Shown here: positions 25,639 through 35,271 of the stretch, piece after piece
Position numbering within the stretch: the stretch's first letter is position 1
Layout: every line of letters begins with the position of its first letter
Source: a virus
Taxonomy: Duplodnaviria; Caudoviricetes
Reading direction: 5' to 3' (one strand)
Length of the DNA stretch: 43,344 nt
IMG/VR virus record: IMGVR_UViG_3300033434_000009
Span: 1 to 43,344 of that record
Translations under genes and position numbers: made by a program
Notes under the pieces: generated by a model
Told to the model about the DNA's origin: nothing
The model's database searches: none
The model's input: only the letters and a program-made list of their open reading frames with translations

Positions 25639-26244
25639 TCACGTCCTTACATTTAAATAATGCCGTTTTGATTTAGGAAGATCGCTAGGAGTTTTTTGTT
25701 CTGCTCCCTCAATGGCATTTGCTAACATGGCCTTATATATTGACCTTGTAAGTAAACTATCAGCTACTTTAAACAAATCCGTATTGTTGGTAATAGGGAT
25801 TGTTATCTCAAGGGCTAAATTACAGGCCAACGTATCAATAAACAGTGGATCATATATAGTAGGGTCTGTAATCTTTTTAGCATATTTGGCATATGCCGTT
25901 TCTATGTTGCAAGCAATGTACTTGGTATTTCCATCACTGACTATTTCAAACTCATTCGGTAAATCGGTAACAAGATTACCTTCCTCAAATACTTTATATA
26001 CATGTAAAGCTTCGGACGGATAAACATAAACATAATCCCAATCGGGAACGTCAACATCGACCTGCCCTAATGCTGCGCTTTTAGTTGCAAAGTTCCAAGG
26101 GAATTGTCTTAATAACGAGTCTCTAACCTGTTCATACATCGCATTACATACTTGCGCTTCCGGGCTTGCTTCTGTAAGCGAATTTATTGTGTTCTGTCCT
26201 ATTTTTCTTAAGGCCAGATTGCATATTCCTACTACCGAGGCCAT
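25639..26244 (-). CDS. Tail tubular protein A / adaptor (T7 gp11-like)
   Basis: ICNLALRKIG, PWNFATK, FIDTLACNLA. Confidence 0.87.
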   Translation of the reverse strand: MASVVGICNLALRKIGQNTINSLTEASPEAQVCNAMYEQVRDSLLRQFPWNFATKSAALGQVDVDVPDWDYVYVYPSEALHVYKVFEEGNLVTDLPNEFEIVSDGNTKYIACNIETAYAKYAKKITDPTIYDPLFIDTLACNLALEITIPITNNTDLFKVADSLLTRSIYKAMLANAIEGAEQKTPSDLPKSKRHYLNVRT

Positions 26245-26261
26245 AATACACCCCCTATTAA

Positions 26262-26288
26262 AGAGTAAGGGCGGTATAACCCGCCCGT
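26262..26288 (-). terminator. Terminator after the head genes
   Basis: GGGCGG-gttata-CCGCCC-TTACTCTTT. Confidence 0.5.
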
Positions 26289-26290
26289 AT

Positions 26291-26752
26291 TTACGCTATA
26301 GTCGTATTTGTATTACTGAGTAAATACCATTTACCGCCCCTAGCGATAACTTGAACCGAACCTCCGACATACGCCGGGAAAGTCGCCGTTATTTTTGCCG
26401 CACTGGTTCCGTTTACTAATATAGAACCGGTAAACGTTACAACATGTGCGTATGCTGTAGCTCCAGTAATAGTAATAATTGTTCCGTCTTGCGCCGTTGA
26501 AGGTGCAGCTATGGTCATTGCAGCAGCAGACGTTTTAGCTAGTTCTGCAACTCCTGTAGCTATTGTAATTGCTCCATCAGCGGTATAGCTGGTAACAACA
26601 TCTTTACCGGTTGAAGTACCTCCGGTAATCGTAGGGCTTGTTAACGTTTTATTGGTTAATGTTTCTGTTCCAGTCAACGTTACTGATCCAGCTACAAAAC
26701 TTTGAAGATATAATATCACCTTACGCAAGCTTGCGTTTGTTCTTAATCCCAT
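26291..26752 (-). CDS. Putative head fibre/decoration protein
   Basis: TLTGTETLTNKTLTSPTI repeat motif; Thr/Ala-rich beta sequence. Confidence 0.55.
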   Translation of the reverse strand: MGLRTNASLRKVILYLQSFVAGSVTLTGTETLTNKTLTSPTITGGTSTGKDVVTSYTADGAITIATGVAELAKTSAAAMTIAAPSTAQDGTIITITGATAYAHVVTFTGSILVNGTSAAKITATFPAYVGGSVQVIARGGKWYLLSNTNTTIA

Positions 26753-26754
26753 AA

Positions 26755-27081
26755 TCAACCTCCATTAAGGTTTAGAATTTTACCAATCAACGTTTCTTTG
26801 CTTGTTCTCCCGCTGTATTTAACGCCACGTTCATTAGCAATACTTCTAATCTCATCAATTGTTTTGTCAGCTAAAGACGATGCAAACACAAAAGGTTTAG
26901 GCGTAATGTCAGATAGAGTAAAGGTTTTATCCTCTACTCTATCCTTCTCACTAACCTTTTTAAATTTTTTATCGTCTTCAACCCCATTAAACTTGTCTAC
27001 AAGTTGGCCTTTGTAATACCTTGTTTTATTGACAAAACAATCTTTTAAACACTCATACTTATAAGTTGCTTGGTGCATCAA
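26755..27081 (-). CDS. Hypothetical protein with Rho-N/HeH-like C-terminus
   Basis: TIDEIRSIANERGVKYSGRTSKETLIGKIL. Confidence 0.65.
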   Translation of the reverse strand: MMHQATYKYECLKDCFVNKTRYYKGQLVDKFNGVEDDKKFKKVSEKDRVEDKTFTLSDITPKPFVFASSLADKTIDEIRSIANERGVKYSGRTSKETLIGKILNLNGG

Positions 27082-27454
27082 ATACTAGTTGAGCGTTAAC
27101 TTTACCAGCGGTAAACGTCCCTGTGCCAACAGTGTAATAAATCTCGGTGTATTGCTCCATACCAGCAGGGATATAAGCGTTTAGCAATACGGCCCCCTCT
27201 GTCAATGCCGAAGCCGCAAACGTTTGGCTGGTTATAAGCGTAGTGGGCGAACTAATTGCCTCAACGGAATCGGTATACAAAGATACGGTAAGAGTTGCGC
27301 TTGTCGAAGTTGTAAAAGCGGTATCGACCGTTACATATACCTTTAACGGAACTCCTGCATCACCTGCAGCACCGTGGTCAATTACATTCGTGCTGGCTGC
27401 ACTAGATGTTACAGCCTGAGCATCAGAATAAATGTGTTGTGCATCAATAAACAT
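27059..27454 (-). CDS. Capsid cement protein (BPP-1 Bbp16-like)
   Basis: MFIDAQHIYSDAQAVTSSAASTNVID...GTFTAGKVNA; follows the major capsid gene. Confidence 0.85.
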   Translation of the reverse strand: MFIDAQHIYSDAQAVTSSAASTNVIDHGAAGDAGVPLKVYVTVDTAFTTSTSATLTVSLYTDSVEAISSPTTLITSQTFAASALTEGAVLLNAYIPAGMEQYTEIYYTVGTGTFTAGKVNAQLVFDAPSNL

Positions 27455-27467
27455 TTGTTTTCCTCCC

Positions 27468-28466
27468 TTACGATACTACTTCTTCATTATCGAGAATAGC
27501 GTCAACCTTTTTAACAGGTATACCCCAGAAATTGGTTACTGGCTTACCATCCATAACATTAACGCTTACATTGCGGTTTCCGGTATCATTAGCCATTTTA
27601 TCCAGCTCGGTTTTAACCGTTTTATTGCAGTAAATGCGCGGCTGACACATATCAATATGAGGAATCAAATTATATGCTTCAATCAGCATTCCGGTAATAT
27701 CGGGGCTTTCGTCTCCAGTTGAAGCTCCATAGGTTTTAAGAGCCGATACATCGATATTACCGATACGCACAGCATAACGATAATCTTTAACCGCTAGTCC
27801 ACATTCCCAAACATAATGCATTCTGTACCCTTCATATGGTCTATTGCTAGAATCATACAAAGTAACTTGTCCTTTATCTTCGGTGGAAAGACCAGCTTTA
27901 GAAGCCTTTGGATAAATGCCATAAATCTTATTAGGTGACCAGCCTACCAATAGTATTGACGTATTGTCAGAGCCAGTACCACCAGCATCAATAAAGTATT
28001 CACTACCAGTGTCGGAGTAATAATCGCGGGTAAAAAATCCCTGGAAAGCTTCCGGTGTGGTGGTTACGTTTCCATAAATAAGAGTGTCAACATATTTCTG
28101 GTTCATTGCTTCCAGATATGCGACACTCTCAGAAAGTCTAAATTGATTTGTATTACCGTTAAGATCAGCAAGTTTTTTGTCAACGTCTGCGTATGCCTCA
28201 AGCATTCCACATACATCGTCAACCTGTTCCGTAGTTGATTTACTTTGGTCAACACCACTGTTAATTCTACGGAATCCTACGCTCGGTAGGCTAGTTCTAC
28301 GTGTCAATCTCGTACCAGTAGGAAGATTACCTTCAATCCAAGGTACATCTGGAATAATGAGGTTTATTTCCTCCATCATTTCAGCCACAAGCGCGATTTT
28401 CCCGTCAGGGTCTAACCGCCTTGCTACATCAGTAAAATCATATTTGTTAGTGCCTAAAGTTGCCAT
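27468..28466 (-). CDS. Major capsid protein (BPP-1 Bbp17-like)
   Basis: RLDPDGKI, WIEGNLPTG, YRYAVRIGNID, WGIPVKKVDAI. Confidence 0.93.
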   Translation of the reverse strand: MATLGTNKYDFTDVARRLDPDGKIALVAEMMEEINLIIPDVPWIEGNLPTGTRLTRRTSLPSVGFRRINSGVDQSKSTTEQVDDVCGMLEAYADVDKKLADLNGNTNQFRLSESVAYLEAMNQKYVDTLIYGNVTTTPEAFQGFFTRDYYSDTGSEYFIDAGGTGSDNTSILLVGWSPNKIYGIYPKASKAGLSTEDKGQVTLYDSSNRPYEGYRMHYVWECGLAVKDYRYAVRIGNIDVSALKTYGASTGDESPDITGMLIEAYNLIPHIDMCQPRIYCNKTVKTELDKMANDTGNRNVSVNVMDGKPVTNFWGIPVKKVDAILDNEEVVS

Positions 28467-28477
28467 TTAATGACCTC

Positions 28478-29137
28478 CTATTTTTGTTTTGAAGTTGGGT
28501 GATCAAATAAAATATCAGCCGGATTTTTTGATGGGTTATTGCTTCTGCCGTCAACAAAAGATCCTTCCTTTGTTGCCTCACCAATTGTCTTCAACATCCC
28601 GATTAGCTGCGGATTGTTAGCCATGCCGGTGTCGCGCAGTAAAGAAATAAGACCTTCATCAGCAAACCGCCGTAAGGTCTTATCAGCTAAAGCAATATCC
28701 TCTTTTTGAAACTTGCCAACTGATTCGTCATACCAATCTTTTGCCTGTTTAACGACTGCCTGTTCCACTATGTCCTGGCTTTCTCCAATCAGCTTAGAGC
28801 CAATATCAACAAGCTTCTGTGCATTTTCTTGGGACAAGCCCATTTCTTTAGCCGCTTCAATAAACGGTGCTGACTTTTCAGTGTCCCACTCCATCCCTTC
28901 CGGCAGTTTAAATGATTCATATTCCACCGGAGTTTCTTGTTCGTTTGCAGCCTGTTCAGCTTCTGCTTTGTCAGCTTCTTCGGCTATTGGGTCTTCGCCT
29001 AACAAACTTTTTGCTTCTTCGCCGTTGCTATTATCGCCAGATGTATCAACGGTTTCAGTAGGTATTTCTACTTCATTACCAGCAAACAATTGCATGTCAA
29101 ACGCCCATTCTGTGTTATTATGTAGGGCATTTACCAT
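28478..29137 (-). CDS. Capsid scaffolding protein
   Basis: Acidic; FKLPEG, GLSQENAQKLVD, GMANNPQLI; precedes the capsid gene. Confidence 0.8.
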   Translation of the reverse strand: MVNALHNNTEWAFDMQLFAGNEVEIPTETVDTSGDNSNGEEAKSLLGEDPIAEEADKAEAEQAANEQETPVEYESFKLPEGMEWDTEKSAPFIEAAKEMGLSQENAQKLVDIGSKLIGESQDIVEQAVVKQAKDWYDESVGKFQKEDIALADKTLRRFADEGLISLLRDTGMANNPQLIGMLKTIGEATKEGSFVDGRSNNPSKNPADILFDHPTSKQK

Positions 29138-29163
29138 ATTGCATCACCTCTCTAAATTTGGAT

Positions 29164-29191
29164 ATAAAAAATAACAGGGTGTTAGCCTGTT
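29164..29191 (-). terminator. Hairpin/terminator upstream of the scaffold gene
   Basis: Minus strand AACAGG-ctaacac-CCTGTT-ATTTTT. Confidence 0.45.
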
Positions 29192-29220
29192 GCAGATAAA
29201 AGGATCACACTCCTTTCTAT

Positions 29221-29571
29221 TTACCTCGTTTGCCTTTGCATTTCACCACTCTTATCACCACCTTTTTTTAATATTTGCCGCTTAATATCTTCCTGAGTGA
29301 TGATATATTCCTTCTCAGCCTTATGTAAAAGGTCAACACCATTCATACCAATAGCTTTTATTGATGCCTCAATAAGTAAAGCAGCGTTTCTCATACCTTC
29401 ATTAAAGTAAGTCCTACTATCTCTAGTGAAACTTGTCTCATTTTGGCCGCATTTCATTATTAACCACTGGATAAACCTTCGTCCTGGATCAGTTGACATT
29501 ACCTTTGCTATGTCCGATAAGTTGCGTTTATCAAGTTCCACTTCAATTAATTGTTTTATGCCTTCATTCAT
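29221..29571 (-). CDS. Bbp19-like conserved podophage protein
   Basis: VMSTDPGRRFIQWL...TYFNEGMRN; lies between portal and scaffold. Confidence 0.8.
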   Translation of the reverse strand: MNEGIKQLIEVELDKRNLSDIAKVMSTDPGRRFIQWLIMKCGQNETSFTRDSRTYFNEGMRNAALLIEASIKAIGMNGVDLLHKAEKEYIITQEDIKRQILKKGGDKSGEMQRQTR

Positions 29572-31262
29572 TGTTGCACCCCGGTTCCTAGTAATGCAGA
29601 CAATGCATTATTTGAATCCATATTCGTTTCTGATAATGTCTTTGCCCCTTGTGCCAATTGCGTCCCTTGTTCCATTGCCTGTTGCATTTGCATTTGTTCT
29701 GCCTTTTGCTGCCTGATCTGCGCTGTAACATCATCAGAACGTGTAATAGACGGGCTAACAGCAAGAGCATCACCATACTTGTCAGTCATTTCGTCAAAGT
29801 CAATTTTATCTAATACATCAGGGTTAAGCTGGGCAACGGTTCCTAGATATTCAAGGTATTGTTGTATAGTGGTTAACCCTACCATTTTCTGCGCTGTAGC
29901 CATTGTTGAAATATACTCAATCTTAATGTCAAGTCCAGGAGGCAAATCTTCTGGCGGCGGCGGCAGTAATCCATCACGCATTGCAATGTTAAATACCCTA
30001 TCAATAAGCGGCTGTAAAAACTCGTGCTGCAACCGGTTTAATACCGGGCCAATCTGCGACATTTTCTCTTGGACTCTCTCGATAATCTCACGAGCGGTAA
30101 TATTGCTCTTGTCAATATCGGCAAGCATTCGGAATAGGTCAACGTAGAAATGCCGCTTAATAGTTTCTGCTTTCTCTTGTTTTAGTGCTTGCGCGTCTGC
30201 TAAGTCTAGGTTAACCTGCAAGGCTTGTTTAATGGAGTTGTCACCTTCTGTACGGTTATAATAGGTTACGCCGTTAGGAAGAGTATTAACGCCTCCTGCG
30301 GCCATTACATCAGTAGGAGCTACCATTGGAGGGTCAACTTGCTTTTTTACTCCAATGTGAACGTCTTCATCAATGGCCTGCAAAGATTTAGAGTCATTAA
30401 GAGAATACCAACCGGGAGAATATCCATAGATGTTTGCTCCCTTGGTTGTCCATCTAGCTACCAAGAACGGAAACTCATCATATCCGCCTATTTCCAGATA
30501 ACTTTCTTCTTCGCTTCCTTCTGCCCAATACAGTGAAATAAACTGCTTAGCCCATTTTATTTCACTGTTTGGAATGTAATTCGGATTAGATGCGACTAAA
30601 TGTTTGATGTTGAAATATTTTTCTAGTGTGTGATTATCCCAGCATTGTTTTACATCGTTTGGAACATTGTCAACTCCAAATGAACTTACCATTTCAGCCA
30701 CTGTCATTCGCATGTCGCGCGCAAATCTATTAACTCTATTTCGATTATCTACCCCTATGGCATACTCGCCTATAGTAAATGATCTGCACCAAATACCGTG
30801 TTCGTCATCGCTTTCTACCAGCATAGCAGCAGTTCCGTAAACACCTAATTCCTTATAGAACTCAATAGCTGAATCATAGAAATTAGACCGGGAGAATATC
30901 TCTAGTATCTTTTGAGTAACGTCATCGCACCATGTTTTAACGGCTGTGTTTTCTTCTAATGTTGGGTCTGGTATTGTAAGCCGCATCCACGGCCTCGAAG
31001 GTGACGTGATACCGTCTTGCATACCAGCCGCCAATACATTGCTGGCCTCTAGCGGAATAGTGTTAATCATGTAAGTGTCACGCTTATCGCCATAATTAGG
31101 TTGATCAGTCTCGAAAAAACCGCTATATGGATTAATATAATCGCGCAAATCCTGCCAGTAAGTACGCCATAGGCCTGATTTCTGTACATCAAACATAGAT
31201 TTATGGATTTTGTTTAAATCTGATCGGGTATATTTTAATTCTTTTTGTCCTTCCCACCTCAT
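29568..31262 (-). CDS. Portal / head-to-tail connector (T7 gp8/Bbp21-like)
   Basis: LAAGMQDGITSPSRPW, TAREIIERVQEK, GPVLNRLQHEFLQPLIDR. Confidence 0.94.
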   Translation of the reverse strand: MRWEGQKELKYTRSDLNKIHKSMFDVQKSGLWRTYWQDLRDYINPYSGFFETDQPNYGDKRDTYMINTIPLEASNVLAAGMQDGITSPSRPWMRLTIPDPTLEENTAVKTWCDDVTQKILEIFSRSNFYDSAIEFYKELGVYGTAAMLVESDDEHGIWCRSFTIGEYAIGVDNRNRVNRFARDMRMTVAEMVSSFGVDNVPNDVKQCWDNHTLEKYFNIKHLVASNPNYIPNSEIKWAKQFISLYWAEGSEEESYLEIGGYDEFPFLVARWTTKGANIYGYSPGWYSLNDSKSLQAIDEDVHIGVKKQVDPPMVAPTDVMAAGGVNTLPNGVTYYNRTEGDNSIKQALQVNLDLADAQALKQEKAETIKRHFYVDLFRMLADIDKSNITAREIIERVQEKMSQIGPVLNRLQHEFLQPLIDRVFNIAMRDGLLPPPPEDLPPGLDIKIEYISTMATAQKMVGLTTIQQYLEYLGTVAQLNPDVLDKIDFDEMTDKYGDALAVSPSITRSDDVTAQIRQQKAEQMQMQQAMEQGTQLAQGAKTLSETNMDSNNALSALLGTGVQQ

Positions 31263-31266
31263 AGCA

Positions 31267-31488
31267 TCACTGTCCTAACAGCGTTTTAGTAGCAACATTG
31301 CTTGATGATGTTCCACCGCTTGAGTCTGATTGAATAGTACTACTATACCCTGCCTGTGTGCGTTGTTTCTTCCTAGCTTTAGCTTGTTCATCTGATAATG
31401 TTGAATTGCTCGTGGTAGATATATCGATCGGTGAATTATAGGTTGTAGCTGTCGATGTAGTACCGCTTACGCTTGTCTTAAAACACAT
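31267..31488 (-). CDS. Small conserved pre-portal virion protein
   Basis: MC start and KTLLGQ end, typical of this position. Confidence 0.75.
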   Translation of the reverse strand: MCFKTSVSGTTSTATTYNSPIDISTTSNSTLSDEQAKARKKQRTQAGYSSTIQSDSSGGTSSSNVATKTLLGQ

Positions 31489-31491
31489 TAT

Positions 31492-32787
31492 TTACCGCCT
31501 CCTATCTAACGGATGATATTTCTTTCCGTTGTTAGCAAAATGTAACTTATCTGATTTCATTCTCCTGTCTTCTGCCATAGCATCACCCATAGCATACCTA
31601 ATCGCGTCTATAATATGGTTATCGCGGTCAATAGGCTCCGGTAACACCTTGCCATCTTTGTCTTCACGCCACTTATACACTGTAAACTCATTTATCGCCT
31701 CTCTAAGCGTGTGATGAATCACTATCCTTTGCTGCTGTAGCCACTGGATACCGAAATTCACACTGTCTTTGCCCTTGGTGCAGGGAATAGCGGTTATATC
31801 GTGCTGCCTCAACTCCTGTATGTTTAGAGGGCTTGCACAGTCGCATACGGCTATCTGCTTACCAAACATATTACTAGCCACGCCAGCCAGGAGATCATTT
31901 GTCATGTTGTAGTAATACTGTGCATTCAGCACATACAGCGTATATGTGGCCTTGTCATAGTACAGATGAACCACCGCAGCAGGATCATTAGCAAAGCCAA
32001 AGTCAATGCCGTTCTGGAACGTATGCACTCGCTTTTCCATGTCGGACAAGTCGGCTGTTTCCCAGTTCGTGAATATAACCTTACCAAGCACACCCCAATT
32101 GCCGTCACTGTAAACATCCTTGTAATACTTGTCCTTTTCATCTTCCAGAGCCTTAACATCATCAGCAGTAAGGAACTTATTATCCCGGTATGTGGTCTTG
32201 AGAATGGATAAGGTTTCATCCTTATACTCACGCTTTGAATCATCCCATCTACCCTGGAAATACTCAGTAAAAATCCAGTGCGTTTTATACACTGGATTGA
32301 AGGATAGGATTATGCGCTTTTTAACCTTACTGACACCGCGAAGACGCTTTTCCAACTGCTTAACGTCTTCATAGTCGGCCTCAGTGGCTTCTTCATACCA
32401 CACGTCAGTTAGTACGCCTTTAGCTGGAGTGATAGACTTAACCTTCTCAGGGTCATCCATGCCACAGAATAGAATCTGATAACCATTCTTACACGTGATA
32501 ACCAAATCAGATTTGTTGCAGTCGAAGTAGTCATTCAGTTTAAAGAAGCTTATTGCCTTGGTTATCTCGTTATAGCTTGACCGCCTTAGTGTGGATGCTA
32601 CCTTACGGACGATTAGGTAATTGTGACCACCTGCGACTATATCTAATATGGAACGCTGTGCCAGGAAGTAGGATTTACCGGAGGATGAGCCGCCGAAGAA
32701 TATCTGTGTTCGAGTGTCATTGTCGATATAAGGCTGGTATACAGGATTAAAGATGTTCTTATCTATTTCAAGGTTAACTGTCGTCAT
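31492..32787 (-). CDS. terL: Terminase large subunit (PBSX family)
   Basis: GGSSSGKS Walker A, WYEEATE Walker B, GIDFGFANDP, DNHIIDAIRYA. Confidence 0.96.
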   Translation of the reverse strand: MTTVNLEIDKNIFNPVYQPYIDNDTRTQIFFGGSSSGKSYFLAQRSILDIVAGGHNYLIVRKVASTLRRSSYNEITKAISFFKLNDYFDCNKSDLVITCKNGYQILFCGMDDPEKVKSITPAKGVLTDVWYEEATEADYEDVKQLEKRLRGVSKVKKRIILSFNPVYKTHWIFTEYFQGRWDDSKREYKDETLSILKTTYRDNKFLTADDVKALEDEKDKYYKDVYSDGNWGVLGKVIFTNWETADLSDMEKRVHTFQNGIDFGFANDPAAVVHLYYDKATYTLYVLNAQYYYNMTNDLLAGVASNMFGKQIAVCDCASPLNIQELRQHDITAIPCTKGKDSVNFGIQWLQQQRIVIHHTLREAINEFTVYKWREDKDGKVLPEPIDRDNHIIDAIRYAMGDAMAEDRRMKSDKLHFANNGKKYHPLDRRR

Positions 32788-33211
32788 CGGTCAATGTCAC
32801 CCTAATTGTTAAAGCGTCACCATCTTTTCCGGTAACTTCCGTCTTATCCGTGAATAGCTTCAGATGCTTACCCAACAATTCCAATGCTCTATTTGCTCCA
32901 GAAGCATCAAACTTGTATTCGCCTGTTTCATTACCTTCCTTATCTAGCACAGGTTCAGCCTGTGTACATCGTTCCGCTATATCCTGTAATTTACATAGCA
33001 CATAATCAGCCGTTATCTGTGTTCTATTGCATCTTTCTGTTCTAGCCTTAGCAATTTCAGCGGCTACCTTAGCATTTCTTAGCAGCCTATGCCCTTCAAC
33101 CTCTGCGCTTCTTTTAGCATATCCAGCCCGAACCGCCGCCGCTGTTGCGTTTAGGTCAATTAAATATTCTGCTACAAATTGCTTTTGTTTTGCTGTTAAA
33201 TCAGCGGCCAT
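32774..33211 (-). CDS. terS: Terminase small subunit
   Basis: LTAKQKQFVAEYLIDLNATAAAVRAGY...ALELLGKHLKLF. Confidence 0.95.
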   Translation of the reverse strand: MAADLTAKQKQFVAEYLIDLNATAAAVRAGYAKRSAEVEGHRLLRNAKVAAEIAKARTERCNRTQITADYVLCKLQDIAERCTQAEPVLDKEGNETGEYKFDASGANRALELLGKHLKLFTDKTEVTGKDGDALTIRVTLTDDDS

Positions 33212-33225
33212 GTTATCACCTCACA

Positions 33226-33341
33226 TTATGCATACCATTTATTCATATCCTCAAATATCTTAATACCTTTGTTGTATCCAAACTCAATCAATACTTTGCA
33301 CATTAAATCATCAGCTTTTTAAAAAATTCTTTTGGTGTCAT
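33226..33341 (-). pseudogene. Frameshifted small phage gene
   Basis: AGGTGA SD then MTPKEFFKK in frame 0; ADDLMCKVLIEFGYNKGIKIFEDMNKWYA in the -1 frame. Confidence 0.5.
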
Positions 33342-33345
33342 ATCA

Positions 33346-33588
33346 TCACCTACTTACGGCACTAGAAGCAGCGCAAGCAGACTCATAAGCTTGTTGTGCA
33401 CTTTCTGCTGCTGTTGTCATTATTCCTGGATTTATCGGCGTAGCATCAATTAATGTTTTTATCTTCCGTGCTACATCGTTATGATGTGCCCTAGTGTCCT
33501 TTAAAAATAAATAAAACTCTCTTCTTTCTTCTTCGTTTAACTCTATTACTGTTATATACTCTGTCTTTGGTTTATTGGTTATCTTCAT
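33346..33588 (-). CDS. Hypothetical protein
   Basis: Operon-oriented ORF with SD-like sequence. Confidence 0.65.
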   Translation of the reverse strand: MKITNKPKTEYITVIELNEEERREFYLFLKDTRAHHNDVARKIKTLIDATPINPGIMTTAAESAQQAYESACAASSAVSR

Positions 33589-33605
33589 ACTATCAACTAC
33601 CCTTT

Positions 33606-34088
33606 CTATATCTCATTTAATAAGGCAAACTCTCCAAAATAAAAAGAAGCGGCTTTATTGTAGATTAAAGCAGCTTCTTTTGCAGTTTCATAAGTTCCTA
33701 ACCATATTTGTTTATTATTAACTCTAATCCCAGCTAAATATTTACCGGTTATTTTATTTAATGTACACCCTTTATACCCGGTTTTATTATTAGTATATAT
33801 CTTTTTATTAGCCGCATTTTGCAGTTGTGTGCAAATCCTAAGATTCTCTTTTCTATTATCAAGCCGGTTGTGGTTTATATGGTCAACAGGAATATTAGGA
33901 TCAGTCGCGTTAACTATTTCTCTGTGCATATATACACCATGGTTTTTCCCATTATAAAAATAGTTTCTTTTTGCGGAAACATTTCCAGATTTATTTTTAC
34001 AAACATACCATTTGTATTTATTTATACGATCATAATCTTCATCGTCTACTATAGCTACCATACCTTTATTTAGTATAATTTCCTTCAT
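33606..34088 (-). CDS. HNH endonuclease with AP2 domain
   Basis: VDHINHNRLDNRKENLR; WLGTYETAKEAALIYNKAA...GEFALLN. Confidence 0.93.
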   Translation of the reverse strand: MKEIILNKGMVAIVDDEDYDRINKYKWYVCKNKSGNVSAKRNYFYNGKNHGVYMHREIVNATDPNIPVDHINHNRLDNRKENLRICTQLQNAANKKIYTNNKTGYKGCTLNKITGKYLAGIRVNNKQIWLGTYETAKEAALIYNKAASFYFGEFALLNEI

Positions 34089-34098
34089 TGATAACCTC

Positions 34099-34485
34099 CT
34101 ATCTAAAATTCATTATTTCCTTTGTCCTTAACTCTATTATCTTCTTAATAGATTGATACTTAGCTTCTATCCCTGCAAGATTAGCCTTGCCCACTATTAA
34201 AGTTGTCTGTGCCTGTTCTAATGCGTCAGCGGCCTTTATGACAATCTCATCAGCTTCTATAATCATCTTTGCAAGGCTAGGCGGTATTTTCTTATCTACC
34301 ATTGCCAGCGCTTTACCTTGCTCTATCTTATAATTTTTTTCAGCTTTCATGGCGTTTACTTCATACTTTGCTACTGTATCACACAGTCTTTCATATTCAT
34401 TAGATAGTTGCCAGCATAGTTTGCTTAGTTGTGCAGGTTGCATTGATTCTATATTAGCTTCTTGCCGTTCTTGCTCAGTTAGCAT
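34099..34485 (-). CDS. Hypothetical coiled-coil protein
   Basis: GACGGTGA SD before ATG 34485; helical. Confidence 0.7.
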   Translation of the reverse strand: MLTEQERQEANIESMQPAQLSKLCWQLSNEYERLCDTVAKYEVNAMKAEKNYKIEQGKALAMVDKKIPPSLAKMIIEADEIVIKAADALEQAQTTLIVGKANLAGIEAKYQSIKKIIELRTKEIMNFR

Positions 34486-34553
34486 ATAATCACCGTCCAG
34501 ACCAATTAATAAGCGCGACACAAAATTCCATGCAAATCCATAGGGCCATACAT

Positions 34554-34895
34554 TCAGTTAGGCTCATAAATTCCAAACCTCCAAGCCTTATGCACGATCT
34601 CCTTTATAACCTCAACAGGCTTACCCTCACGCTTCGCTATTATCTCGAATAGTTCATCGTCGCTAATCTCTCCCCTGTGATCTGCACCATGACACCCCAT
34701 ACTAAACGCCGCAGGGCCACATAGCTTTATGCAATTCTCCTTTATGTCCGGCCCTCTTGCGCCCTTACCTTTTACATGCGCCACTTCCAAATTAAAAAAG
34801 CCATCAGGCCACCGATTACATTTTTCGCAGTGGTCTATGGCTTTAACTTTATTCATTCCCGTTTTATCAACTATTCTCTTTATTTTTGGTATCAT
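34554..34895 (-). CDS. HNH-like Zn-binding putative nuclease
   Basis: CEKC...AHVKGKGARG...NCIKLC...CHGADH. Confidence 0.7.
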   Translation of the reverse strand: MIPKIKRIVDKTGMNKVKAIDHCEKCNRWPDGFFNLEVAHVKGKGARGPDIKENCIKLCGPAAFSMGCHGADHRGEISDDELFEIIAKREGKPVEVIKEIVHKAWRFGIYEPN

Positions 34896-35271
34896 CTAAC
34901 GCTACCTCGTACAGCATCATTGCCCGTGTCATAGCATGGGTCAATTCTTCCATATCTCCGGTTAAGTGCCAATTTATCATGTGCTCCATTGCATGATCGT
35001 ATATTTCTTCAGGAGTTAGCTTACGCCAGTTATCTTTTTCGTATCGCTTTGCTCCTTCTGCCATAACCTTGCCTACTTCCAGTAAGGCTCGATGTGGTAC
35101 AAGGCTAAATGCAGTATCAATTCTTGATTGTTTCCCGCCATGCTCATTTACTACTATTCCAGTATCAGGAAAATATCGTGGATCTCCGCATTTAGGGCAA
35201 GTGTTATATGTTGTGTCTAAATATCTAGTATTGCACCTTAAACATGTTGCGTTTAAACCGTCTTTAAACAT
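34867..35271 (-). CDS. dATP/dGTP diphosphohydrolase-like (DUF5664-type) protein with N-terminal Zn ribbon
   Basis: LVPHRALLEVGKVMAEGAKRYEKDNWRK...HAMEH...THA; CLRC...CPKC. Confidence 0.75.
   Translation of the reverse strand: MFKDGLNATCLRCNTRYLDTTYNTCPKCGDPRYFPDTGIVVNEHGGKQSRIDTAFSLVPHRALLEVGKVMAEGAKRYEKDNWRKLTPEEIYDHAMEHMINWHLTGDMEELTHAMTRAMMLYEVALDDTKNKENS

Noticed and set aside
34867-35271. Z-genome (2-aminoadenine) pathway
   Set aside because: No PurZ, DatZ or phage DNA polymerase anywhere in the complete genome.
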